From NCBI GenBank assembly GCA_963823335.1, contig CAWGLD010000005.1:256001-320000 (forward strand): a stretch of DNA of 64,000 bases. Reading direction: 5' to 3'. Below are positions 52,070 to 61,453 of this stretch, piece by piece; position 1 is the stretch's first letter; every line of letters begins with the position of its first letter. Under the pieces are notes generated by a model. The model saw only the letters and a program-made list of their open reading frames with translations. It ran no database searches and was not told where the DNA came from. The translations under genes and the position numbers were made by a program. This DNA comes from an uncultured delta proteobacterium. Its GTDB lineage: Bacteria; Desulfobacterota; Desulfobacteria; Desulfobacterales; B30-G6.

Positions 52070-52352
52070 TCTAATTTACTTATTTGTCATTGATTTTGAT
52101 GAGAAAACAGTAAGGCCAACCAAGGACAGCTTAGTAAGAAAAATCAGTAAAATTAGACATATTGGACATATCGAAAACAAACTTGTGCTCCAAGGTGTCG
52201 AGGAAGGCGTGGAAAATGTTGATGACGGACTGGCCTGGAGTATAGCCATTTCTAAAAAAACAGGTAAGGTTGTCCTATCGGCTTCGGGAAATGGCGTGGC
52301 GTATGTTGTATTTGGGACGTGTACCGCAGTTCAAGATGACTGGAATAAATGA
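52070..52352 (+). pseudogene. C-terminal fragment of a hypothetical protein
   Basis: Protein-like stretch KLVLQGVEEG...DGLAWSIAISKKTGKVVLSASG...VFGTC with no start of its own; its upstream part is the intron fragment. Confidence 0.4.
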
Positions 52353-52400
52353 ATCTTAGAGCACTTTCGATCGAGATTGTACTTTCATCATAGCCGGCGA

Positions 52401-53834
52401 TTAACCAAAAGTAGGTAGTTTAGATGCCAAAAAGTGTTCCCCGTTGGAGATTATATCAGAACTATCCTCAGGACTGATCGGGTTGTTCAATAGCTCACAA
52501 GTCCTGTCTTTTAAGAGTTTATCGGCTCCTGGTTTTCCCAAATGCCTCCATTTATCAAGAGACAACTGCGGCCATATTTTGCTCGTAAACTGTGATTCTT
52601 TGAAGTATTTTCCGGTAAGGTTTGACAAGAAAAAATCTCCGCCAGCGCCGATGGAGGTTATTTCGGTCAATCCCACTTCTGCATCTTCCAGGGAAAATCC
52701 GGACGAGAAGATACGTGTCTGTTGAATTAAGTCATCGGCCAACACTACGATTTCGGGAGAGAAGACCAGTGAATCAAAACTGCTTCCCACGAATGGAACC
52801 AGGCCAACAGAACTCAATGCGCTGGTGAGATGGTTGATGCACATGGTCGTTGCGGTAAGCAAATCCGCACCCCACCCGTTTCCACAGCCGGATGTACCGC
52901 AATGGGGGATGTTGTAGGTGGTCATCATTTCAGCGCATGCCAGATTCAGCAACAATGACTTTGGAGAATAAAAACTGCCGGCTTGCTTCATGTCAAAGGC
53001 TGCCGGAAGACTTCCCAGGATGATGGGTGTTCCTTGCTTTACGAGCTGACTGTACACCAGTCCTGCCAGCAATTCCGCCGTAAGCAGTGCCAATGTTCCG
53101 GCTGGTGTGATCGGACAGGTCGCACCGGACATGCCGTAGTTTGAAAATATAAGTGGCAGCCCTCTTTTTATGGTTGCTTCCATTTTTATAGTGGTTTCAG
53201 AATTCAATACCAGCGGAGTGATCGGGTTCACATAGGGGATCACAAAAGGATGGGTGCTCAAATCACCGTGGAGGTGTTCACAAAGATCCAAGGCTGCATG
53301 AAAACAACCCGGATTGGAGATGAGCAACACGATCGGCTTGGTAGTATGAGCCACCATTTCCAAAACACCATAAAAATCAGCGGATTCAGGAGGAAGATCC
53401 TGGATAACGCCGGGGGTCGAAATCAAATCGAAGCCCTCAAGGCTGTGTCCAAGCCCAGTGGAAGCAGCCATATGTTTTCGGCAAAAAGGCAGGATTTCCT
53501 CCTTAAAGGGATCCTGGTAGTAAAGATTGGTAACACCGATGCCGAAAACAGCATCCAAACTCCCATCCCCTTTAAGTTCGAAGCAGGGTTTACCCAGACG
53601 GTCGTACACCTGTATACTGGATGGTGTGGAGGCAATCGCCCATTGAACGAGTTCTTTGGGCAGCCTTATGCAGTGATCCTTGTGGGTGGCTCCGATGGCT
53701 TTTTTCAGCACGGATCGGGCGCCTGGATCGTCAACGATCACACCTGTTTTCTCTAGAATTGATAGCGCATCCCGGTGCACTTTATTCACTTGCTCTTTCG
53801 TCAGAACCCTTATCTTCGGCTTCAGATCATACAT
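52401..53834 (-). CDS. Trimethylamine methyltransferase (MttB) superfamily protein, non-pyrrolysine type
   Basis: LTKEQVNKVHRDALSILEKTGV, NPITPL, MSGATCPITPAGTL, ELLAGLV; no in-frame TAG. Confidence 0.88.
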   Translation of the reverse strand: MYDLKPKIRVLTKEQVNKVHRDALSILEKTGVIVDDPGARSVLKKAIGATHKDHCIRLPKELVQWAIASTPSSIQVYDRLGKPCFELKGDGSLDAVFGIGVTNLYYQDPFKEEILPFCRKHMAASTGLGHSLEGFDLISTPGVIQDLPPESADFYGVLEMVAHTTKPIVLLISNPGCFHAALDLCEHLHGDLSTHPFVIPYVNPITPLVLNSETTIKMEATIKRGLPLIFSNYGMSGATCPITPAGTLALLTAELLAGLVYSQLVKQGTPIILGSLPAAFDMKQAGSFYSPKSLLLNLACAEMMTTYNIPHCGTSGCGNGWGADLLTATTMCINHLTSALSSVGLVPFVGSSFDSLVFSPEIVVLADDLIQQTRIFSSGFSLEDAEVGLTEITSIGAGGDFFLSNLTGKYFKESQFTSKIWPQLSLDKWRHLGKPGADKLLKDRTCELLNNPISPEDSSDIISNGEHFLASKLPTFG

Positions 53835-53969
53835 GGATTACATTGCCTCATACGATGCCAAGCATTGCTATCTAAACCCCTAAGGATTTCCCAAAGGGTA
53901 AACAACATGGCTGAATGGAAGTCATTCTTATTTTTCACCTGCAGGGGCATCCAAAAAATAGCGCTTTTA

Positions 53970-54047
53970 CAAGGATTTCTATTGATTTTTATTCGCTCGC
54001 TGGACCCCGTGCAAAGCCTCGCGGAATGCACTTGTTATCGCGGTTCA
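53970..54047. repeat. Degenerate copy of the 23715 palindromic repeat
   Basis: aaggatttct...attcgctcgctggaccccg...ggaatgc...gcggttca; its TGA end is the GntR stop codon. Confidence 0.6.
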
Positions 54048-54713
54048 AGCAGTCAAATAGCCGTCTGGGAGAAGCCTTTCTAAATCAATGCCTCTCAAGC
54101 TGCTCTCCAAATGATTTTTTATTTCATTTCCAGCTTTTTCGGCTTCGTTTATCTCCAGGTATCGCACAATTTTGCGGTGTTCCTGTGGTGAAGGGTTGTT
54201 TGTCATTAGAAGTTGGTAAAACGGATCAAATAAGATAAGATAAATAGTTGTTTTCTGCAATAGCTCGGTCACGTAATGAACAAGCACTCGGTTGCCTGAT
54301 TTTTGTGCGATCTTTAAATGAAAAGCACTGTTGATTTGATAATATTTATCTAGTTTCCTGTCAGTAAAAACGCTTTCCTCCTCACAAATCAACGTTTGAA
54401 GTGCATCAATGTCTTCAGGATCAAATTTCCCAGCAGCCAAAGTGGTTGACATCTTTTCAAGTTGGGCCCGAACCTGAAATGACTCCTTAATATCCTCCAG
54501 AGACGGGTTGACAACGGAGACCCCCTTGTTCTGCCTATATTCCGCAAGACCTTCGTGGACAAGTCGTTTGAAAGCCCCTTTAACTGTGGCACGGCTCATC
54601 TTTAAATTCTTGGCCATTGGGACTTCTTTGAGTTTTTCCCCTTTTTTGATGTAGCCTCTGCTAATAGCAACCTTGATCTTTTCGTACGCCAAATCTTCCA
54701 AGTTATCTGTCAT
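54045..54713 (-). CDS. GntR/FCD family transcriptional regulator
   Basis: N-terminal wHTH (AYEKIK...MSRATVKGAFKRL), FCD domain NSAFHLKI...EHRKI. Confidence 0.9.
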   Translation of the reverse strand: MTDNLEDLAYEKIKVAISRGYIKKGEKLKEVPMAKNLKMSRATVKGAFKRLVHEGLAEYRQNKGVSVVNPSLEDIKESFQVRAQLEKMSTTLAAGKFDPEDIDALQTLICEEESVFTDRKLDKYYQINSAFHLKIAQKSGNRVLVHYVTELLQKTTIYLILFDPFYQLLMTNNPSPQEHRKIVRYLEINEAEKAGNEIKNHLESSLRGIDLERLLPDGYLTA

Positions 54714-54828
54714 CGATACCTCCGGCATCCAAAGCAACAAACTAAAATGATTACGGTTTGAGACAATACGAGCCGGTTCTTCAGTTTTCGTGCATGCAAG
54801 GAATGCTTTGGATCGTTCTCGTTTCGCA

Positions 54829-57291
54829 TCAAATTTTGATTCTCTTCATTCCGGGATCATAGAACGGTTTTAAAGAAACGCTTGCTGGGTAGATGTTTCC
54901 AGCAATGTCGATTTCCCATAAGCCATCCGCGATATAAGCATCATTAATGACCTCATCAGCCTCGATCATAAACAAACCGACTGCACCGCCAAGCGTATAG
55001 CCATAGGAAGCAGATCTGACATATCCTGCTTGCTTACCATTTCGAGTAATAACCTCGGCATGGTATAACAGTGGTTCAGGATCATTGACCAACACCTGGG
55101 CGAGTCGCCGTTTCAGTCCACCCTGAGTTTTCTTTCGGAGACAGGCCTCTTTACCGATAAAGCCGGAAGCCTTATCCAATTTAAGCGTAAATTCCAAACC
55201 GGTTTCATATGGATCGTCCGTGTTATCCATATCATGGCCATAGTCGCGATATCCTTTTTCCATTCTCAAGCTGCCCAGAGCTTTGAGACCTGCATGGGAG
55301 AGGCCAAAGGCTTTTCCGGCCTCAACAATGATGTCGTAGATATGCGAGGCTTGTTCGGTGGGAATGTAAATCTCGTATCCCAATTCGCCCACATAAGTCA
55401 GCCTGACACAAATGGCACGACCGTACCCAATGGCGATTTCCTTGACGTGACGGTAGGGAAAAGTTTCGTTAGACATGTTTGTATCGGTTACTGCCTGCAT
55501 AAGTTCTCGAGATCTGGGTCCCTGGATATTGATTTGAGCATAAGCGGAGGTCATATCTGTTACAAAACAATGGGCGTCGCTGGGGATGTGCCGCTTCAGC
55601 CATGTTTCGGCATGCCGGTGCATGGTGTCTGTGACAACCACCATGTAGTTTTCCGCCGCCAGTTTGCTGACGGTAAGGTCCGCTTCAAGCTTACCGTCTT
55701 TGTTTAACCAAGGGGTGTAGGTGATCTGGTTCGATTTTCCGTCAACATCATTGGCTGAAATATAATTCAGCACCTTGCCAGCGTGCCGGCCCTGAACCAT
55801 AAATTTGGACATAAAAGACATATCCATGAGGACAACGTTTTCCCGCGCTGCATTGTGCTCCTCCTTCCAGAATTCGAACCACGACTCCCGATTCCAGGAA
55901 TGTTTTGCAATTTTGGCCTGTTTTCCATTAATAGCGAACCAGTCCGCGCCTTCCCAGCCGCTGACGTCTTTGAAATATGCACCCTGCTTTTTCAGGCGGT
56001 CATAGATCGCCGACCTTTTGGCCCCTCTGGCTGTATTCATGGATTTGTATGGATAGTGGCATGTATATACCTTGCCGAGGGATTCGACGGTCCGGTGTCT
56101 TCTGTATTCCGGGTTGTTCTGATAGGTGTGCAGTCGATCGATGTTAAATCCGGTAATATCGACATCCGGTTTCCCGTCCACAATCCAGTGCGCCATCATT
56201 CTGCCCAACCCGGGTCCCATAATAATACCGACGGAATTCAATCCGGCGGTCACAAAGTAATTCTTCAACTCCGGTGCTTCACCGACAATTGCTTGCAGAT
56301 CGGCAGTAAAACTTTCAGGCCCGCAGAAAAACTTCTTGATTCCCAGTTCCGTTGAAATAGGAACACGCGACATGGCTTTTTCAACAAACGGTCCCATGCG
56401 CTCCCAATCAGGTTCAATCTCTCCCATGGAGAAATCATCTGGTATGTGCTCGATATTCCATGGCGCACAGACCGGTTCAAACAGGCCAATCATCAACCCA
56501 CCCACTTCTTCACGATAATAGCCGTAATGAGAGGGATCCTCTAGAATTGGCATATTGGGCGGGATATCTTCGATCTCTTCAGTTATCAAGTAATAGTGTT
56601 CGGCTGCCTGGTTGGGAATGTTGACGCCAGCATCTGCACCAATCTGCCGTGCCCACATGCCGGCACAATTGACAACAACATCGGCCTTGATATCTCCGTA
56701 AAGTGTTTTAACACCGCTAACCGCACCGTTTTGCGTGATGATACCTGTGGCGGAAACTTTTTCAATGATCTGCACGCCTTGGTTGCGGGCACCTTTGGCC
56801 AGGGCGATGGTTGCATCAGCTGGGTTTACGCGCCCGTCTTCTTTTACATAAAAACCGGCTAACAAGTCATTGACACGGGCCAGCGGGAAGAGATCCTTGA
56901 TTTCTTTGGGAGAAATCTCATGCACATCCACACCACAGTAACGATTAAAAGCCGCTACGCGGCGGTATTCTTCCAATCTGTCTCGGTTACTAGCCGCTTC
57001 GATAAATCCAATTGGCGTGAATCCGGTCGATAATCCAGTTTCAGCCTCCAATCGGCTGTAGAGTTCGCGGCCATAAATTCTCATTTGGGTTGATGTTTCA
57101 GACATTGACCCAAAAGTCACCATCAAACCGGCGGCATGCCAGGTGGTTCCGGAAGTCAGTTCATCCCTTTCTATTAGCACCACATCCGCGCACCCCAAAA
57201 GGCCCAGATGATAGGCAATGGAGCAGCCGATAATACCACCGCCGATAATAACTACATTGGCTTGTTTGGGAAGTTCTACTTGTTTTGGCAT
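54829..57291 (-). CDS. FAD-dependent oxidoreductase + GcvT domain (dimethylglycine/sarcosine dehydrogenase family)
   Basis: GGGIIG, TSGTTWHAAG, GPESFTAD, GWEGADWF, TYVGELGYE, SLRMEKGYR. Confidence 0.92.
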   Translation of the reverse strand: MPKQVELPKQANVVIIGGGIIGCSIAYHLGLLGCADVVLIERDELTSGTTWHAAGLMVTFGSMSETSTQMRIYGRELYSRLEAETGLSTGFTPIGFIEAASNRDRLEEYRRVAAFNRYCGVDVHEISPKEIKDLFPLARVNDLLAGFYVKEDGRVNPADATIALAKGARNQGVQIIEKVSATGIITQNGAVSGVKTLYGDIKADVVVNCAGMWARQIGADAGVNIPNQAAEHYYLITEEIEDIPPNMPILEDPSHYGYYREEVGGLMIGLFEPVCAPWNIEHIPDDFSMGEIEPDWERMGPFVEKAMSRVPISTELGIKKFFCGPESFTADLQAIVGEAPELKNYFVTAGLNSVGIIMGPGLGRMMAHWIVDGKPDVDITGFNIDRLHTYQNNPEYRRHRTVESLGKVYTCHYPYKSMNTARGAKRSAIYDRLKKQGAYFKDVSGWEGADWFAINGKQAKIAKHSWNRESWFEFWKEEHNAARENVVLMDMSFMSKFMVQGRHAGKVLNYISANDVDGKSNQITYTPWLNKDGKLEADLTVSKLAAENYMVVVTDTMHRHAETWLKRHIPSDAHCFVTDMTSAYAQINIQGPRSRELMQAVTDTNMSNETFPYRHVKEIAIGYGRAICVRLTYVGELGYEIYIPTEQASHIYDIIVEAGKAFGLSHAGLKALGSLRMEKGYRDYGHDMDNTDDPYETGLEFTLKLDKASGFIGKEACLRKKTQGGLKRRLAQVLVNDPEPLLYHAEVITRNGKQAGYVRSASYGYTLGGAVGLFMIEADEVINDAYIADGLWEIDIAGNIYPASVSLKPFYDPGMKRIKI

Positions 57292-57317
57292 TGACGTTCC
57301 TTTTCAGATTTAAATCG

Positions 57318-57539
57318 CTATTTCTCAGAGTCTAAAACCAACTGACCATAATCAAAGGTGATGCCGCTTTCAAGCATCCCTGGCCCATAAATCATATTGG
57401 CACCTGCCAACGCGGGTATGAGCGCGGTTAATGTCTTTTCGTGGCCGGTCTGTGTATCGGATTGCTTGCTGTCAGCCTATCCACCAGCCATAGCCATGGA
57501 CAGGATATTGCAGACCACATTGTTTCTAACCGCCTCCAT
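57318..57539 (-). pseudogene. mttB: Fragment of pyrrolysine-type trimethylamine methyltransferase with in-frame amber codon
   Basis: My translation: ...MAMAGG(TAG 57479-57477)[52 protein letters not shown]; matches the Pyl-site segment of MttB. Confidence 0.85.
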
Positions 57540-57585
57540 CTAAGTTAACAACTTATTTTAATGCCTTACAGAACTGCCAATATAT

Positions 57586-57608
57586 TGTCAAACAAAAATT
57601 GTTCGACA
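57586..57608. promoter_or_regulatory. Candidate GntR operator
   Basis: Inverted repeat tgtcaaacaa-aaa-ttgttcgaca upstream of the mttB'/gcvT/gntR cluster. Confidence 0.45.
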
Positions 57609-57699
57609 TTACTGATCGAAAATTATCTAATTGTTTTGCGTTTAATCAAAATGCTGCGGTAAATAGCAATCATAGTTCTTAAAAATGGAAAAATGAACT

Positions 57700-57905
57700 A
57701 TGGTATTACATCAAGCTGCGCTGATCAATTTTACAATGAAAGTTCTCGAAAGTAAGGGTCATGTTAGTGACGGTGATATTGAGGCGTTTAAGGGTGCTGG
57801 ATTCACAGATGCCCATACAGCAGAGATAACGGTGATAATTGCCCATAAATCGCTTTCCAATCTTTTCAATCACATATACGATACAGATCTTGATCTGCCC
57901 TCAGT
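57700..57905 (+). pseudogene. C-terminal half of an AhpD/carboxymuconolactone decarboxylase-like protein
   Basis: AALINFTMKVLESKGHVSDGDIEAFKGAGFTD...SNLFNHIYDTDLDLP; the N-terminal CxxC half is absent. Confidence 0.65.
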
Positions 57906-58010
57906 CCCTAGATATATAGGTAACAATTTACAGCATCGTGCCCAGGGGAGGGCTCAACATTTATCTTTGCCTGCCAAATCAATGGTGGATCATTTTTCAT
58001 GCATTCAGAT

Positions 58011-58937
58011 ATGAAACCAGATAATTCTGCCCTGGCATTTATTGGAATTTGTCGGGTTCATATTCGTGCAGCGCTTGTTTTGGGATATATCACATGCAAT
58101 CTGGCTTTTTGGATCACGCCCCTGTTGGTGCTGGTGGTATTCAAATGGTTTGTGCCAATCTCTTCGGTGCGAACCGGTATTTATGGGATGATGGCATGGA
58201 TTTACAGGGCCGCAGTCCAGATGAACGACTGGATCTTATTTCAAGGTCTGAAAATTCAATTGGACCTAACGGGAATCAATCAAACTTATCCCGGCAATTT
58301 CTATTTAGCACTATGTAACCATCAGAGCTGGAGCGATATTTTTATCCTGCAACATCTTCTCAATCGCAAAACACCCATCATGAAATTTCTGGTCAAAAAG
58401 GAATTGATGTACCTTCCTGTGGTTGGTTTGATCTGCTGGGCATATGATTTTCCGTTTTTAAATCGTGGGAAACAGACAAAAAAAAGATTCGGGAAATTTA
58501 ATCGTGTGAATGATTCTCAAGCGCTAAATAAGTCACTTACCCAATTTTTGCGGTCTTCGGCAACCATCATAAATTTTGCGGAGGGGACCCGATTTACGTC
58601 ACTTAAGGCCAAAAGGCAACAATCCCCATACCAATATCTCCTGAGACCTAAGGCCGGTGGGCTTATTGCCATCTATAAAATGATGGGCCAAGAGTTGGCG
58701 GCTGTGCTGGATTTTACAATTGTATATGATGCACCCAAGCCGAATTTCTGGCGCTTTATCTGCGGCAAAATTCAGCGTGTGAAGATTCATCTTGATACAA
58801 TCTCATCAGACGAGCTTAAAGAGAATTTAGGCTTGCCGGAAGCCGACTTTAATTCTGACCGTGCAATTGAATGGATAAATCAGCGCTGGGAGCAAAAGGA
58901 TAGAAAAATTGAACATATCTCTTCCGATTTTGGTTGA
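58011..58937 (+). CDS. PlsC/YihG-family acyltransferase
   Basis: NHQSWSD (NHxxxxD), KFLVKKEL, FAEGTRFT, LLRPKAGG. Confidence 0.88.
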   Translation: MKPDNSALAFIGICRVHIRAALVLGYITCNLAFWITPLLVLVVFKWFVPISSVRTGIYGMMAWIYRAAVQMNDWILFQGLKIQLDLTGINQTYPGNFYLALCNHQSWSDIFILQHLLNRKTPIMKFLVKKELMYLPVVGLICWAYDFPFLNRGKQTKKRFGKFNRVNDSQALNKSLTQFLRSSATIINFAEGTRFTSLKAKRQQSPYQYLLRPKAGGLIAIYKMMGQELAAVLDFTIVYDAPKPNFWRFICGKIQRVKIHLDTISSDELKENLGLPEADFNSDRAIEWINQRWEQKDRKIEHISSDFG

Positions 58938-59013
58938 CCAATCTCCATTACTCTTTGCGTTTGCAATGATAATAGTTTTTTTAACAAAAAATCCTTTATT
59001 CATTTTCCGATAT

Positions 59014-59823
59014 ATGACCACTGAAGAAAGGAAAGATATTCATCGACTTCTATTGATTCTTTTGGCTGGAATGGTACTGGCCGGCTGCACCGTCGGGGCA
59101 CTATCCGGTGGCGAGCATACGCGCAGCACTGACCCTAAGGATATTTTGGACAAGACCTGGCAGTGGGAATCGACCATCACCCCAGTCGAAAAGATCACGG
59201 TGCCGAATCCGGAGCGTTACACGATCCTGTTGACTGCCGATGGCAGGGCTCAGATTCGGTTCGACTGCAACCGCGGCGGCGGGGAGTTCAAAAATTCTCT
59301 TGGCAAGCTTTCCTTTGGTCCGCTGCTGTCCACACGCATGGCCTGCCCGCCAGGCAGTCTGGACAGCGCCTTCATGCGGGACCTGCAGCGGGTGGTTTCC
59401 TTTTTCGTTGACAGCGACATACTTTATCTGGAGCTGCCGCGTACCGCTGAGGCCGCGAAGCTGGTTTGTGAGGATGCTTTGGCCGTAAAAGAAGCCGGGG
59501 CCCTCATGCTGCTTGTCGAAGCGGTGCCGCCGGAAGTTTGTGGATTCATTGCGGGACAACTGGATATTCCGGTTCTTTCGATCGGCGCCGGACCCGAAGG
59601 CGATGGACAACTGTTGATTGTTTCAGATTTGATCGGTCAATTCCAGGCATTTACACCTAAATTTGTAAAAAAATATTGCAATGTGGCTGAAATCATAACC
59701 AATGCCATGAAAGAATATTGTGAGGAAATCCGTACCGGCCAATTCCCCCAAGAGGAGCATTGCTATCGGATGATACAGGGCGAAGAAGATAAGTTCGTAG
59801 AATTGATGAAAACAGCTAAATAA
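59014..59823 (+). pseudogene. In-frame chimera: META-domain lipoprotein N-part joined to the C-terminal half of PanB
   Basis: Lipobox LAGC, WQWE, DCNRGGG, STRMACP, LYLELP, then abruptly RTAEAAKLVCEDALAVKEAGA...EAVP...IGAG...DGQLL...PKFVKKY; junction near 59440. Confidence 0.8.
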
Positions 59824-59865
59824 TTGGTGACCGATTTACTTGCTTTAATTAAGGAGATATTTACC

Positions 59866-61131
59866 ATGCCAGAACTCAGAGAAAGTCTTAAAATAGCAGC
59901 TGAACGCGTGGATGTGATCAATGAATTCTTGTTAGACCCGAACAATGCGATGGTCAACCAACTTCTTGAAATTATGGAACGTTACGGTGGACCACAAGAG
60001 ATCAATCGCAAGGCTAGCGAAGCACGAAATCTGGACCACATTATGGATCAGCTCAAAACCCAGAATTCGCCTTATGTGCTGGATTTGGAATGGCTGATGG
60101 AGCAACGGAATGCCAAAGCATTTATCTCCATGGCGGAATATCGAAATCGGGTTATGGGTCAAAAGGTAACGGAGAGCGAAATCAACCAAGAAAATGCGGT
60201 CACGCTCGAGATCAGTGCGTTGCAGTACTTTCCTTGGCTGATATCTCAAGCCAAACAAGCCATTCAAAAGAAAGAATTGATGCCGGGGCGCTATATCAGG
60301 GTGCGCAATATGGCAGAACAAACTAACGATCAGGGAGACACACTTGCCGTAGCCGCAGGTATGCAGATTGTCGGGGCATCTTATGTCGAAACACTAGATA
60401 CCAAAGGAATAGATGGATCCAATGTACACTTAGGAGGTCCTGAAACCATCACCGGATATTTCGGTGGTATTGGTCAGCCCAACGAATACCCGCTCAAATG
60501 GATCGATGAATACCTTAAGTACTATACCACCTACGGTATTAAACAAGTGCTCAACATTAATGCCGGATCCATTCTGGCAGCCTATCTTCTCCACCGCATG
60601 GGAGTTGATAATGAATTCAAGATATCCGTGTTTATGGGTATCGACAATCCGTATTCCATATTCTGGACGCTGATGACCGCGCAGATGTTCTCGCGACCGG
60701 ACGGAAGCACCTCGTTAATTGGCTTCAATTTGTCCAATTCTGTAAACAACGCTACCATCAGGGAAGCCGCAAAAATCAGGAAAGCATTGGGTCTTGAGAA
60801 GGTTGTTCGCTTCGAGCATCATATTACGGAAACATATAGATCAATAGTGCGCCAGCCCTATAATCGAAGAGAAGAACTCGTGGAAATTGCCAAAGAGGTC
60901 CCCAATATCGCCGCCAAGCACGAGGGTGGAGAACCGGAGAGGGAAGCTACCTTGGAACATCCCTCCGATATTCTGGATTACTTTTTGCCAAAAGCCGAAG
61001 TTGTTGAAAATGGGTTAATGGATACGCTAATGCAAAATTATCTTGAAAAACACTATGCCTTGAACCTTACGGCTGATGCACTTACCAGGGCAGGTATCGG
61101 GGTGGTATGTGCGACCAACCTTCATCAGTAG
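59866..61131 (+). CDS. Hypothetical soluble protein (421 aa)
   Basis: Long intact ORF with RBS aaggag; enzyme-like Gly-rich motif ETLDTKGIDGSNVHLGG...GYFGGIGQPN; family not recognised. Confidence 0.8.
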   Translation: MPELRESLKIAAERVDVINEFLLDPNNAMVNQLLEIMERYGGPQEINRKASEARNLDHIMDQLKTQNSPYVLDLEWLMEQRNAKAFISMAEYRNRVMGQKVTESEINQENAVTLEISALQYFPWLISQAKQAIQKKELMPGRYIRVRNMAEQTNDQGDTLAVAAGMQIVGASYVETLDTKGIDGSNVHLGGPETITGYFGGIGQPNEYPLKWIDEYLKYYTTYGIKQVLNINAGSILAAYLLHRMGVDNEFKISVFMGIDNPYSIFWTLMTAQMFSRPDGSTSLIGFNLSNSVNNATIREAAKIRKALGLEKVVRFEHHITETYRSIVRQPYNRREELVEIAKEVPNIAAKHEGGEPEREATLEHPSDILDYFLPKAEVVENGLMDTLMQNYLEKHYALNLTADALTRAGIGVVCATNLHQ

Positions 61132-61192
61132 GAATTATGCATTAGTTGTATGAACCTATCTTCATAGGAAAATTAACGAGGGCGAAACTAAA

Positions 61193-61453
61193 ATGAACAG
61201 GTCGATGGAAAAACGCTATTCGAAAACGACCGCATCCATGCAGCATTCCTATATCCGGGAGATATTGAAGGTAACCAAAGGTGTTCCAGGCATGATGTCT
61301 TTTGCCGGTGGCCTTCCAAGTCCAGCCTCATTCCCTAAACAGCTGTTGGCAGAGCTATTTTCAGATGTAATCACGCAGGAAGGTGACGATGTGCTGCAGT
61401 ACGGCGCGAGTGACGGGGATCTGGCATTTAAACAGATTATCAAGAAATTGTGA
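61193..61453 (+). pseudogene. N-terminal fragment of a PLP-dependent aminotransferase (class I/MocR-type)
   Basis: SYIREILKV, SFAGGLP, SFP, LQYGASDG; only 86 aa. Confidence 0.8.
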
